Assembly (NCBI GenBank): GCA_963834425.1
Contig: CAWIBR010000019.1
Span: 56,097-120,096, forward strand
Reading direction: 5' to 3'
Origin: an uncultured Actinomycetota bacterium
GTDB lineage: Bacteria; Actinomycetota; Actinomycetes; Actinomycetales; CAVURS01
DNA length: 64,000 nt
Shown piece by piece: positions 27,373-36,893 of this stretch (positions are counted from its first letter, which is position 1; each line of letters opens with the position of its first letter). The translations under genes and the position numbers were made by a program. The notes under the pieces are model-generated. The model worked only from the letters and a program-made list of their open reading frames with translations, searched no databases and was not told the DNA's origin.

Positions 27373-28577
27373 GCGAGCAACCGCTGGGCTCGCTGTGGCG
27401 GGTGGCTGCCGTCCGGCGGCTGATGGTGGTGTCGCTGCTCGGTTTCGGGAGCTACTGCCTGACCCTCGCGGCCCTGCCGAGCTGGGCTCTGCAGGGCGGG
27501 TCGAGCCGAGCCACGGCCGGACTGGTGACGACGGTCATGCTCGTCACCACCGTTGTGGCGCAAGCGCTGGTGCCGGCCGCCATCACCCGGATCGGGAGCG
27601 GGCCGGCCCTCGCGCTCGGCCTGTTGCTGCTGGGCGCGCCGGCTCCCCTCTATGCGTTGAGCTCGAGCCTGACGCCGCTGCTCGTCCTGTCCGCCATCCG
27701 GGGCCTGGGCTTCGCGCTGATCACGGTGATCGGCGCCACGCTGACGGGTGTCGTCGCGCCGGCCAGTCGGCACGGCGAGGCGGTCGGGATCTACGGCCTA
27801 TCGATCGCCCTGCCCAACCTCGTGGGCGTGCCGGCAGGAGTGGCCCTCACCCAGGCCGGCCACTTCCCGGTCGTGGCCATCTTGGCCGCGTGCCCGGTGC
27901 TCGCCGTGCCGTTCGCGCTGCGGCTCGGCGGCCGGCCGGACGCCGATGTCGCTGCTCCGGCCGACCCGGGAGCGCTGTCCCATCGCGCGGTGCTGCTGGT
28001 GGCCCTGGCACCATCGTTCGTGCTGCTGCTCGTGACCGCGGCCGGAGGTGGGCTCGTGACGTTCCTGGCGATCCAGCGCCCGACCGGCGCGCTGGCGACC
28101 CTCGCTCTGCTGGTCTTCGGCGCGACTGCGGCGCTGGCCCGCTGGCAGGCGGGCGTCCTGGTCGACCGGGTCGGCCCGCGGCTGCTGTTGCCGGTTGCCG
28201 TGATCGCCGCCGCCGCCGGCATGGGCGGCATCGGCCTCTGCCTGGTCGGCGGGCGGTCGTACGACGCGTTGCTGGTCGTGGCCGCCGCGGTGTTCGGGCT
28301 CGGTTACGGCGCGGTGCAGAACCTCACGTTGGTCATCGCCTTCGCCCGGGCCGGGGCGGCGGGAGCGCCGACCGCGAGTGCCCTGTGGAACGGCGCGTTC
28401 GACACGGGCACCGCGCTCGGAGCGTTCGCCGTCGGCGCCATTGCCGCCGCCGGGTTGGGCCTGCCGTGGGCTTTCGCAGTGTCGGCCGCGGCCGTCCTGG
28501 TCGTGTTGCCGGTCGCGCTGACGCTGCGAATGCCCGGCCGGTCGGATGATCCACCGGCTCGCGAGGCGTTCGCATGA
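27369..28577 (+). CDS. MFS transporter
   Basis: The ATG at 27369 overlaps the glxK stop in an ATGA junction. 12 hydrophobic segments, about 400 aa. Confidence 0.8.
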   Translation: MSEQPLGSLWRVAAVRRLMVVSLLGFGSYCLTLAALPSWALQGGSSRATAGLVTTVMLVTTVVAQALVPAAITRIGSGPALALGLLLLGAPAPLYALSSSLTPLLVLSAIRGLGFALITVIGATLTGVVAPASRHGEAVGIYGLSIALPNLVGVPAGVALTQAGHFPVVAILAACPVLAVPFALRLGGRPDADVAAPADPGALSHRAVLLVALAPSFVLLLVTAAGGGLVTFLAIQRPTGALATLALLVFGATAALARWQAGVLVDRVGPRLLLPVAVIAAAAGMGGIGLCLVGGRSYDALLVVAAAVFGLGYGAVQNLTLVIAFARAGAAGAPTASALWNGAFDTGTALGAFAVGAIAAAGLGLPWAFAVSAAAVLVVLPVALTLRMPGRSDDPPAREAFA

Positions 28578-29422
28578 TCGCGCCGGTCGTCGACGTCGCG
28601 TGGCTGACCGAGCACCGGGCGGAGGTCGTCGTGGCCGACGTGCGGTGGTACCTCGACGGCCGGAGTGGTCGAGCGGCGTACGACGCAGGACACCTGCCCG
28701 GCGCGGTCTTCGTGGACCTGGACCGCTGGCTGGCCGCCCACGGGAGTCCGGCCGAGGGGCGGCACCCGCTGCCTTCGCCGGACGTCTTCGCGGAGGGCAT
28801 GGCCACGCTCGGGATCGGCGACGACTCGGTCGTGGTCGCCTACGACGACAGCGGCGGCATCATCGCCTCCCGCCTGGTCTGGATGCTCCGGGTCACCGGC
28901 CACGAGGCTGCGCTGCTCGACGGCGGGCTGGCGGCCTGGGGCGCGGAGCTCTCTCGGGCTGAGGTCCGGCTGCCGCCGGCCGACTTCGCGGTGCGCCCCT
29001 GGCCGACCGAGCGGTTGGCCAGCATCGACGACGCCGCGCGGCCCGGGACCGGTGTCACGGTGATCGATGCCCGGCAGCGGGAGCGCTTCCTCGGCGGCCC
29101 GGACCCGGTCGACCCGCGCTCCGGTCACATCCCAGGGGCGCGCAGTCTCGACTGCCGCGGCAACCTCGGACCGGACGGCCGATTGCTGCCGATTCCCGCT
29201 CTGCAGCAACGGTTTTCCGAGGTCGGGATTGCGGGCGGCCCCGAGGCCGGCGACGACGTCATCTCCTACTGCGGCTCGGGTGTCAGCGCCTGCCTCAACC
29301 TGATCGCCATGGAGCACGCCGGGCTCGGCCTGGGCCGGCTCTATCCCGGTTCCTGGTCGCAGTGGAGCAACGACCTCGATCGCCCGGTCGCGACCGACCC
29401 CGACGACCAGCCAGACCGCTAG
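28574..29422 (+). CDS. sseA: thiosulfate / 3-mercaptopyruvate sulfurtransferase (tandem rhodanese)
   Basis: Two rhodanese domains with the active-site loop ISYCGSGVSA. ATGA overlap with the MFS gene. Confidence 0.85.
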   Translation: MIAPVVDVAWLTEHRAEVVVADVRWYLDGRSGRAAYDAGHLPGAVFVDLDRWLAAHGSPAEGRHPLPSPDVFAEGMATLGIGDDSVVVAYDDSGGIIASRLVWMLRVTGHEAALLDGGLAAWGAELSRAEVRLPPADFAVRPWPTERLASIDDAARPGTGVTVIDARQRERFLGGPDPVDPRSGHIPGARSLDCRGNLGPDGRLLPIPALQQRFSEVGIAGGPEAGDDVISYCGSGVSACLNLIAMEHAGLGLGRLYPGSWSQWSNDLDRPVATDPDDQPDR

Positions 29423-29438
29423 AGGAGACGAACAACTC

Positions 29439-29873
29439 ATGGATCTCGACGGCGTGGTGGCCATCGGTCGCCGGTCCCAGTTCCTCGTCATCGCCTCGAC
29501 CAGTCGGGCCGACGGCACCATCGCCTCGGCCCTGGTCAACGCCGGGGTGTTGGCCCATCCGTTGACCGGCGAGCGGATCGTCGGGCTGGTCTCGCAACCC
29601 GGCGTACGGGTGCGCAACCTGCGAGCCCGGCCGCACGCCACGGTGAGCTTTCGCGCGGACTGGTCCTACGCGACGGTCGAGGGCACCGTGGAGCTGGCCG
29701 GGCCGGACGACCCGTTGCCGGGCATCGACGACGAGCGGTTGCGAATGCTGTTACGGGAGATCTTCACGGCCGCCGGCGGCACGCACGATGACTGGGACGA
29801 GTACGACCGGGTCATGGCCGCCGACCGGCGCTGCGCCGTACTGCTGTCTCCCACCCGGATCTACGGCACCTGA
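29439..29873 (+). CDS. PPOX-class (pyridoxamine 5'-phosphate oxidase-like) probable F420-dependent protein
   Basis: 144 aa. ...LVIASTSRADGTIASALVNAGVL...VSFRADWSYATVEGTVEL... is a split-barrel pattern. Confidence 0.65.
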   Translation: MDLDGVVAIGRRSQFLVIASTSRADGTIASALVNAGVLAHPLTGERIVGLVSQPGVRVRNLRARPHATVSFRADWSYATVEGTVELAGPDDPLPGIDDERLRMLLREIFTAAGGTHDDWDEYDRVMAADRRCAVLLSPTRIYGT

Positions 29874-29892
29874 CAGGCGAGCAGCTCAGGGC

Positions 29893-30774
29893 CTAGGTCG
29901 CGGCGGCCTCGGGGTGCTGCGACGCGGCCGTCGTCGGGTCGAGGTCGGCGAGGGTGAGCAGGTGCCGGGGCTCGGCCGGGAACGGCATCGAGGCGTGAAC
30001 CCGCAGAGCTGAGTCGACGTGCACCAGCTCGCCCGGCTCGAGCAGTCGCCAGCCCGGATCGTCGTCCATGCGTTCGCTGGCCACCAGGACGCACGCCTGG
30101 CTCGACAGCTCGTCGGACTGCGCGTGGATCCGGTCACTCCGGGCGTCGAGTGACGTGCCGATCTCGGCGCCGCCGGCCGATCGTTCGAGAAGGTAGAGCT
30201 CGTGGGTCGCCGGATAACGCAGAGCCCACAGGTCGGTCGCCGTCACGAGGACCAGGTTGAGCGCATAGACCGGGAGCCGGTCGGCGATCCAGCCGATCGC
30301 CTCGACCAGCCCGCGGCCGACATCGCCCTCATGCCGCTGGGCCTCGGCCGTGATGAGCGCGAAGACCCGCTCGCTGTCGGTCTGCCCGTGCACCAGGTGG
30401 GCAGCATCCAGCTCGGCCAGCCGAGCATCCAGCTCCGCCAGCCCCTGGACGACACCGTTGTGTGCGAACAACCGATCATCCTGGACGAACGGATGTGTGT
30501 TCGCGACCGTGTGCGCCCCGGTGCTGGCGTAACGCACGTGCGCGACGAACGTCGTACCGCGTAGTTGGCGCGCGCTCGTGGCGAAGTCGGCGTCGTCCCA
30601 GGCCGCGATCGGCTGCTTGCTGACGGTGGGTTCGCCGTCGGGGCCGAAGACGCCGATGCCGGCGCCGTCGGGGTTTCGATGGCTCTGCGCGGCCAGGCTG
30701 TCCGGTGCGTCCAGCAGCCAGAACGTCGCCGCGACATCAGCCGCGCCGGCGTGCAGTCCGAACAACCGGCACAT
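29893..30774 (-). CDS. class II (Ntn) glutamine amidotransferase, YafJ/EgtC-like
   Basis: N-terminal MCRLFG with nucleophile Cys2, and ...HVRYASTG...NTHPF...FAHNG. Confidence 0.8.
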   Translation of the reverse strand: MCRLFGLHAGAADVAATFWLLDAPDSLAAQSHRNPDGAGIGVFGPDGEPTVSKQPIAAWDDADFATSARQLRGTTFVAHVRYASTGAHTVANTHPFVQDDRLFAHNGVVQGLAELDARLAELDAAHLVHGQTDSERVFALITAEAQRHEGDVGRGLVEAIGWIADRLPVYALNLVLVTATDLWALRYPATHELYLLERSAGGAEIGTSLDARSDRIHAQSDELSSQACVLVASERMDDDPGWRLLEPGELVHVDSALRVHASMPFPAEPRHLLTLADLDPTTAASQHPEAAAT

Positions 30775-30803
30775 CGCTTCGCCTCTCCCTCACCGGGCGG
30801 CGC

Positions 30804-32007
30804 TCAGGCCGGGTGCGCTTCGCGGCCGTTGATCGCGCCGAGCGGGTCGGCCAGCACGGGCTCGAAGGCCATCTCGGCGGCCCCCAGCAGCGAGGAGTCA
30901 TCACCGAGGGCGGCCGGCATCACCCGCACCTGCTCCAGCAGCGCGTGCAAGGTGGTCGCGGACATCGAGCGGGTCATCACGTCGTGCCGGGCCATCCAGA
31001 CCTGGGCCAGCACACCGCCGAGCACGATCGCCTGCGGGTTGAAGATGTTGACGATCGCGCGCAGCCCGACGCCGGTCCACTCGGCCACTTCCTCGATCGC
31101 CGAGGCCGCGCGGACGCTCGCCCGCCGCCGCCGCTGAGATCACTTCGGCCACGGCTTCCGGTCCACCACCGGGAAGCCGACCGGCTGCTTCGAGCAGATG
31201 GTTCTCACCGACCTGCGTCTCCCAGCAACCCGTTGCGCCGCAACGGCATTGACGACCTTGGCTGTCCACGAGGAGGTGGCCGATCTCCCCGGCGTATCCG
31301 CCGGAGCCTCGCAGCGGCTGGCCGTCGACCAGGAAGCCACCACCGATGCCGACACTGCCGCTGAGGTAGGCGACGTCGCTGATGCCGACCGCGGCACCGC
31401 GCAGATGTTCGGCGAAGGCACCGAGGTTGGCGTCGTTGCCCGTGCGCAACGGCAGGTCGATGACCTGCTGCAGCATCTCGGTGAACGGTTCATCGACCCA
31501 TCCCAGGTTGGGCGCGAACCGCACCAGTCCGTCGTCGGCGCGCACGACGCCTGGCACCGAGACCCCGACCCCGAGGCAACGGGCGGCAGCGGGCAACGCG
31601 AGCAGCTCCTCGACGGACTGCAACACCGACACCGCAACGGCTTTCGCGTCGTGGCCGCCACGCTGGTGCCGTCGTTCACGACGCTCCAGCACTACTCCGC
31701 CGAGCCCGACGAGGGCACTGACGATCCGGTCGACGTCGAGGGCGACCGCGACGACGGTGACGTCCTCACGGGGTACGACGAGGTGCGAGGGCCGGCCCGC
31801 CCCACGGCTCTGGGTCGGCCGGCGCTCGCTGACCAGGCCCAACGCCTCGAGGTGCGCCGTGAGGTCGCCGATCGTGCTGCGGTTGAGGCCGAGCTCAGCC
31901 GTCAGCGCTGCCCGGCTGGTCGGCCCCGACGCGTGGACCCGGGCCAAGACAGCACTCAGGTTCACCTTGCGCAGCTCGTCCTGACTGATCCCAGAACCTC
32001 GTGCCAT
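30804..32007 (-). pseudogene. ROK-family transcriptional regulator (XylR-like by context), frame-disrupted as sequenced
   Basis: N-terminal HTH (SRAALTAELGLNRSTIGDLTAHLEALGLV) and the ROK core (GEIGHLLVDSQGRQCRCGATGCWET) are in track ORF 30901..32007. The C-terminus (ASVRAASAIEEVAEWTGVGLRAIVNIFNPQAIVLGG...) is in ORF 30804..31088. They join if one C of CCC 31121-31123 is removed. Confidence 0.75.
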
Positions 32008-32041
32008 CCTGCCCCCCTTTCCGCCTCGACGCCGAGAGGCC

Positions 32042-33338
32042 TTAGCCCTGGCCGCTCGCCGCTGCTCGACGGCGGCTGATCGCGTCCACGCTGGCTGCGA
32101 TCAGCAGCACCAACCCGGTGACCATGTAGACCCGGCCGGCCGGCTGGTTGAGCAGTGCCATGCCGTTGGCGATGACCGCGATCACGAAGCCACCGATGAT
32201 GGCGTCGACGATCCGGCCCTTGCCACCGAACAGGCTGGTGCCGCCGATGACGGCCGCGCCCACGGCGTACAGCAGGACGGTGCCACCACCGGTCGACGGC
32301 GAGACCGAGTTGTCGTTGCTCGCGAACAGGATTCCGGCCACCGCCGCCAGCGTGGAGCAGATGATGAAGCAGACCATCCGCACGGCCGGCACGTTGATGC
32401 CGGACCGCCGCGCAGCCTCGGCATTCCCGCCGACCGCGTAGACGTGCCGGCCCCAGGCCGTGCGGTTCAACACGAAGGTCAGCAGGAGCAGCAGGCGACC
32501 AGGATCGCCACGACGATCGGCACGCCCTTGATCGAGATGGTTCCTGGGCTGCGCTCCTTGCTCAGGTAGGCCACCGCCGCTCCCGGTGATGACGGCGAGC
32601 GCGATGGTCTTGAACATCCACAGCGCCAGCGGGTCGCCGGTCAGCCCGCGGGCGCGCCGCGTGACCGAGCGGCGGAAGGTCAGCAGGGCGTAGCCACCGA
32701 TCAGCACGATCCAGAGCAACCAGCCCAGCCACACCGGCATGTTGTTGTTCATCAGCGCGAGGATGGTCGGGTCGCGGAAGCCGATCGTGCCGCCCTCGCC
32801 GATGATCACCAGCGTCACGCCTTGCAGGCCGAGGAACGCGGCCAGGGTGACGACGAACGAGGGGACGCCCAGCCGCGAGACCCACAAGCCCATCACGAGA
32901 CCGATGACCGCGCCGGTGAGCAGGCAGACGATCGTCGCCAGGATCCAGTTCCAGTGATGGTTGGTCAGGAAGACGCCCATGACTGCGGCGGCGGTGCCCG
33001 CCGTCACACCGGCGGACAGGTCGATCTCACCGAGCAGCAGCACGAAGACCAGGCCCATCGCGATGACGATGACCGGCGCACCCTGCTGGATCAGGTTGGC
33101 GAAGTTGAACGCGTCCGTGAACGTCGACGGCCGCAGGGCCGAGAAAACGACGACCAACACCAACAGGCCCAACACAGCCGGGAGGGCGCCGACGTCACCG
33201 CCGCGGACGCGGGTGACGTAGGCCCGGGCCGAGTCACCCAGCGTCGCCTGCGGCACGTCGTCCGGGCGAGGTAGGCGGTGCGGCGGGCTCGGGCGGCGGG
33301 GTGGGCGCGGCGGGCGGGGTCGGAGTCGCGGTGCTCAT
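32042..33338 (-). CDS. xylH: xylose/sugar ABC transporter permease; N-terminus in another frame and an internal compensated frameshift
   Basis: Track ORF 32042..33256 carries the permease body (LLLGEIDLSAGV...NRTAWGRHVYAVGGNAEAARRSGINV...). The ATG at 33338 (GGAGGA 7 nt upstream) opens MSTATPTPPAAPTPPPEPAAPPTSP in another frame and joins near 33262-33266. The segment at about 32497-32570 reads GGGLPEQGAQPRNHLDQGRADRRGDPGR in frame, but the plausible YLSKERSPGTISIKGVPIVVAILVA in the +1 frame. Confidence 0.8.
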
Positions 33339-34188
33339 GACGCGTCCTCCGTCGTCGTCGCTGGGCATCGGATTGGCGAACCGGGCTTCAGCGTCCTGGT
33401 TGCCGTGCTCGCCCGAACGACCGGTCGTGATCAGCTCGACGACCTGGTTGTTCGTCACGGTCTTGGCGTCGACCTGGGCGACCATCTCGCCGAGGTAGAG
33501 CACGGCGATGTCGTCGGCGACCTGGAAGACGTCGATCAGGTTGTGGCTGATCAGGATCACGGCCAGGCCGCGGTCAGCCAGTCGGCGGACCAGGCGCAGG
33601 ACCTGCTCGGTCTGCGCGACGCCCAGGGCCGCGGTCGGCTCGTCCAGGACGACGACGCGCGAGTTCCACAGGACGGCGCGGGCGATGGCCACGGTCTGGC
33701 GCTGGCCGCCGGACAGGCTGGCGACGTGGGTGCGGACCGAGGCGAGCGTGCGCACGGACAGACCCGGCGAGGGTCTCGATCGCCTTGGTCTCCATGGTGT
33801 CCTCGTCGAGCAAGCCGGTCTTCTTCAGCTCGCGACCGAGGTACATGTTGTGGACCACGTCGAGGTTGTCGCACAGCGCGAGGTCCTGGTAGACGACCTC
33901 GATGCCCAGGGCGGCGCTGTCCTTCGGGCTGGCGACGTGGACCTTCTTGCCGTCGTAGATGTACTCGCCCGAGTCAAAGCCGTGGATGCCGGCGATGCCC
34001 TTGATCAGGGTGCTCTTGCCGGCGCCGTTGTCACCGACGAGGGCGGTGACCCGGCCGGCCCGGACGTCCAGGTCGATCCCCCGCAGGACGTTCACGGCGC
34101 CGAAGCTCTTGTGAATGCCCCGCAGCTGGAGCAGCGGGGCGGTGCGATCGGATCTGGTCTCTGCTTCTTGCACGGTGCTGGTCGTCAT
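33335..34188 (-). pseudogene. xylG: xylose/sugar ABC transporter ATP-binding protein, frame-disrupted as sequenced
   Basis: The ATG at 34188 follows GGAGG. The Walker A half (LLQLRGIHKSFGAVNVLRGIDLDVRAGRVTALVGDNGAGKSTL...) is in ORF 33574..34224. The signature and Walker B half (LSGGQRQTVAIARAVLWNSRVVVLDEPTAALG) is in ORF 33234..33755. They join if one C of CCC 33763-33765 is removed. That frame has no stop before xylH, and the ATGA at 33335-33338 suggests one more indel near the 3' end. Confidence 0.75.
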
Positions 34189-34271
34189 CGACGCCTCCAC
34201 GGTTGGCTGGTCACGCGGGCCCACTCCGGCTCAGTATTTCGCTAAACGAGCCCCGCGCACTCCGGGCAGAT

Positions 34272-34301
34272 GGGGGCCGGCCGGATGACCGGCCGACCCC
34301 C
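34272..34301 (-). terminator. GC-rich intercistronic hairpin immediately after xylF (attenuator or mRNA stabiliser)
   Basis: 13-bp stem GGGGGCCGGCCGG-atga-CCGGCCGACCCCC (one mismatch), 8 nt downstream of the xylF stop, in a 121-nt xylF-xylG gap. Confidence 0.5.
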
Positions 34302-34309
34302 ACCGCGTC

Positions 34310-35425
34310 CTAGGAAACGCCGTACTTGGTGCAGAGGGCTGCGTACTGGTCGACGCAGACCGTCGCCGCCTTCTGGTAGCCGTCCTTGAACGGAATCTCG
34401 ATGTTGGCCGTCGTGATCGCGACCGGGGTCGCCAGCACGGACTTCACGGCCGTGTGCGTCACGGTGTCCATGACCGAACCGGTGGCCAGAGCGTCGGCCG
34501 CGGCCGTGTCACCCTTGGTCAGGTCGATCGCCAGCTTCGAGGCCGCCTGGGCCTCGAGGTCGGTGTTCTTGTAGACCGTCATGCACTGGTTGCCAGCAAG
34601 GATCTGCTGCAGCCCACCGACGCTCGCGTCCTGACCGGTCACCGGCACCTTGCCGGCAACGCCGTCCTGCGTGAGGCGAGCGATGATGCCGCCGGCCATC
34701 GTGTCGTTGGCCGAGACGACGCCGTCGATCTTGCCCTTGTTCTGCGTGTACAGCTGCTGGAAAGCGTTGCCAGCCTTGGTGGCGTCCCAGAAACCGCTCT
34801 GGTCGCCGACGAGCTTGTAGTCGCCCGAAGCGATCTTCGGCTGGAGCGCCGCAACGTAGCCGGACTTGAACAGCGCGGCGTTGTTGTCGGTCGGGTCACC
34901 GTTGATGTAGACGATGTTGGCCTTGGTCTTGCCAGCCGTGTCCAGGCACTTCTGCAGGCCCTCGCCCTGGAGCTTGCCGACCAGGACGTTGTCGAACGAC
35001 ACGTAGTACGACGCGCCGCCGCCCAGCGTGAGGCGGTCATAGTCGATGCTCTTGATGCCGGCCGCGGCGGCCTTCTTCAGGCACGCGCCACCGGAGTCGG
35101 AGTCCAGGTTGACGATCATGAGGACCGAGACGCCCTCGTTGATCATGCTCTGACAGATGGTGCTGAACTTCGTCTTGTCACCACCGGCGTTCTGGATGTC
35201 GCCCTTGAAGCCGGCGGCCGTGAACGCAGCGTTCAGGCTGGGCCGGTCGTTGGCTTCCCACCGGGGGGAGGTTGTGGTGTCAGGGAGAATGACGCCGATC
35301 GTCTTGGTCTTGGTGCTGCCGGAGCTGGAGCTCCCGCCGCCCGAGCTGCCACAGGCAGCCATCACGAGCACGAGTGCGGCCGCCGACAGAACAGGCAGCG
35401 CCCGCCACTTCTTAGAACTCATCAA
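34310..35425 (-). CDS. xylF: D-xylose ABC transporter substrate-binding lipoprotein
   Basis: Lipobox LVMAACGSS. Periplasmic-binding-protein type I pattern: IGVILPDTTTSPRWEANDR...SIDYDRL...VYINGDPTDNNA...VSANDTMAGG...VTGQDAS. Confidence 0.9.
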   Translation of the reverse strand: MMSSKKWRALPVLSAAALVLVMAACGSSGGGSSSSGSTKTKTIGVILPDTTTSPRWEANDRPSLNAAFTAAGFKGDIQNAGGDKTKFSTICQSMINEGVSVLMIVNLDSDSGGACLKKAAAAGIKSIDYDRLTLGGGASYYVSFDNVLVGKLQGEGLQKCLDTAGKTKANIVYINGDPTDNNAALFKSGYVAALQPKIASGDYKLVGDQSGFWDATKAGNAFQQLYTQNKGKIDGVVSANDTMAGGIIARLTQDGVAGKVPVTGQDASVGGLQQILAGNQCMTVYKNTDLEAQAASKLAIDLTKGDTAAADALATGSVMDTVTHTAVKSVLATPVAITTANIEIPFKDGYQKAATVCVDQYAALCTKYGVS

Positions 35426-35470
35426 TCGTCCCTTCGCAGAGGGCGCCCGCCGATGACGACGATCACGCCG

Positions 35471-35489
35471 TATGTTGTGTTGTGCAACA
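35471..35489. promoter_or_regulatory. inverted repeat ATGTTG-N7-CAACAT in the xylF/xylA divergent region (candidate operator)
   Basis: Read directly. It is AT-richer than its surroundings and lies 46 nt upstream of the xylF start. Confidence 0.35.
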
Positions 35490-35535
35490 TAGCCCGGCTA
35501 GGTTGGCGCCCCAATACCCCAGCAGGTCTCAATTT

Positions 35536-35550
35536 GTTGTCGTCGATAAC
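35536..35550. promoter_or_regulatory. imperfect palindrome GTTGTCGTCGATAAC (candidate ROK/XylR operator)
   Basis: 6 of 7 arm pairs are complementary around a central base. It lies 71 nt upstream of the xylA ATG. Confidence 0.35.
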
Positions 35551-35620
35551 GATCACGTAACGCGGCGGTCACCGGAGCGACATCCGAGGTTCACGCCGCA
35601 CGAAGGCCCGGGAGGCCCGG

Positions 35621-36781
35621 ATGGCTGACTTCACCCCCACTCGTGAGGACCGCTTCTCGTTCGGTCTGTGGACCGTCGGCTGGCAGGGTGTCGATGTCTT
35701 CGGCGGCGCCGTGCGGCCGCCGCTGGACCCGGCCGAGGCGGTGCACCGGCTCAGCGAGCTCGGTGCCTACGGCATCACCTTCCACGACAACGACGTCTTC
35801 CCCTTCGAGGCCGACGCGGCCGAGAAGGAGCGGCACCTCGCTCCCTTGCGGGCCGCCCTGGCCGACACCGGGCTGGTCGTGCCGATGATCACGACCAACC
35901 TGTTCTCGCACCCGGTCTTCCGGGACGGTGGCTTCACCAACAACGACCGCGACGTACGCCGGTTCGCCATCCGCAAGGTGGCCGACAACATCGACCTCGC
36001 GGCCGAGCTCGGTGCGAAGACGTTCGTGGCGTGGGGCGGCCGCGAGGGCGCGGAATCCGGTGCCAGCAAAGACATCCGGGCCGCCCTCGACCGCTACAAG
36101 GAGGCGTTCGACCTGCTCGGCCAGTACGTCCTGGACCAGGGGTACGACATCCGGTTCGCCATCGAGCCCAAGCCCAACGAGCCCCGCGGCGACATCCTGC
36201 TGCCGACGATCGGCCACGCGCTGGCCTTCATCAACGAGCTCGAGCACCCGGAGATGGTCGGCCTCAACCCCGAGGTCGGGCACGAGGAGATGGCCGGGCT
36301 CAACTACGCCAGCGGGATCGCGCAGGCGCTGTGGCACGGCAAGCTCTTCCACATCGACCTCAACGGCCAGCACGGGCCGCGTTTCGACCAGGACCTGCGC
36401 TTCGGTGCCGGCAACGCCCGCGGCGCCTTCTGGACCGTCGACATCGTGGAGTCCGGCGGGTACGACGGGCCGCGGCACTTCGACTTCAAGCCGCCGCGGA
36501 CCGAGGACATGACCGGGGTCTGGGCCTCGGCCGCGGGCTGCATGCGCAACTACCTCATCCTGCGCGACAAGGCCCGGGCCTTCCGGGCCGACCCGGAGGT
36601 GCAGGCCGCGTTGCAGGCCGCGCGGGTCGACGAGCTGTCGGTGCCCAGCCTCGCGACGGGCGAGACCCTGGCCGACGTACGGTCCGAGTCCGGCTTCGAC
36701 CCGGACGCAGCAGCGTTGCGCGGCATGGGGTTCGAGCACCTCGACCAGCTCGCCCTCGACCACCTCTACGGCATCCGCTGA
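35621..36781 (+). CDS. xylA: xylose isomerase (actinobacterial class I)
   Basis: [10 protein letters not shown]...FHDNDV...[10 protein letters not shown]...WGGREG...[18 protein letters not shown]...[13 protein letters not shown]...HIDLNGQ, 386 aa. Confidence 0.95.
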   Translation: MADFTPTREDRFSFGLWTVGWQGVDVFGGAVRPPLDPAEAVHRLSELGAYGITFHDNDVFPFEADAAEKERHLAPLRAALADTGLVVPMITTNLFSHPVFRDGGFTNNDRDVRRFAIRKVADNIDLAAELGAKTFVAWGGREGAESGASKDIRAALDRYKEAFDLLGQYVLDQGYDIRFAIEPKPNEPRGDILLPTIGHALAFINELEHPEMVGLNPEVGHEEMAGLNYASGIAQALWHGKLFHIDLNGQHGPRFDQDLRFGAGNARGAFWTVDIVESGGYDGPRHFDFKPPRTEDMTGVWASAAGCMRNYLILRDKARAFRADPEVQAALQAARVDELSVPSLATGETLADVRSESGFDPDAAALRGMGFEHLDQLALDHLYGIR

Positions 36782-36799
36782 CCCGGGTCCCCCGCTTGC

Positions 36800-36865
36800 T
36801 TTGGCCGTCGAAACCGGGCTCGGCGGCCGGAAATGTCCAGTCCCAAGCCGGATTCGACGGCCAAA
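36800..36865. terminator. long hairpin in the convergent gap xylA / CoA-transferase
   Basis: 18-nt arms TTTGGCCGTCGAAACCGG / CCGGATTCGACGGCCAAA (one mismatch) with a 30-nt loop. An outer 8-bp pair CCCGCTTG (36791-36798) / CAAGCGGG (36886-36893) encloses it. Confidence 0.45.
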
Positions 36866-36893
36866 CCCGGACTCGACGGCCAGGACAAGCGGG

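Noticed and set aside
36782-36893. Repeated GGCCGTCGAA / TTCGACGGCC motifs after xylA as a possible MITE or REP element
   Set aside because: Only one locus is visible in this window, with no terminal duplication. The repeats fold as a nested hairpin in a convergent gap, so I treated them as a terminator-like structure. Genome-wide copy number was not checkable here.
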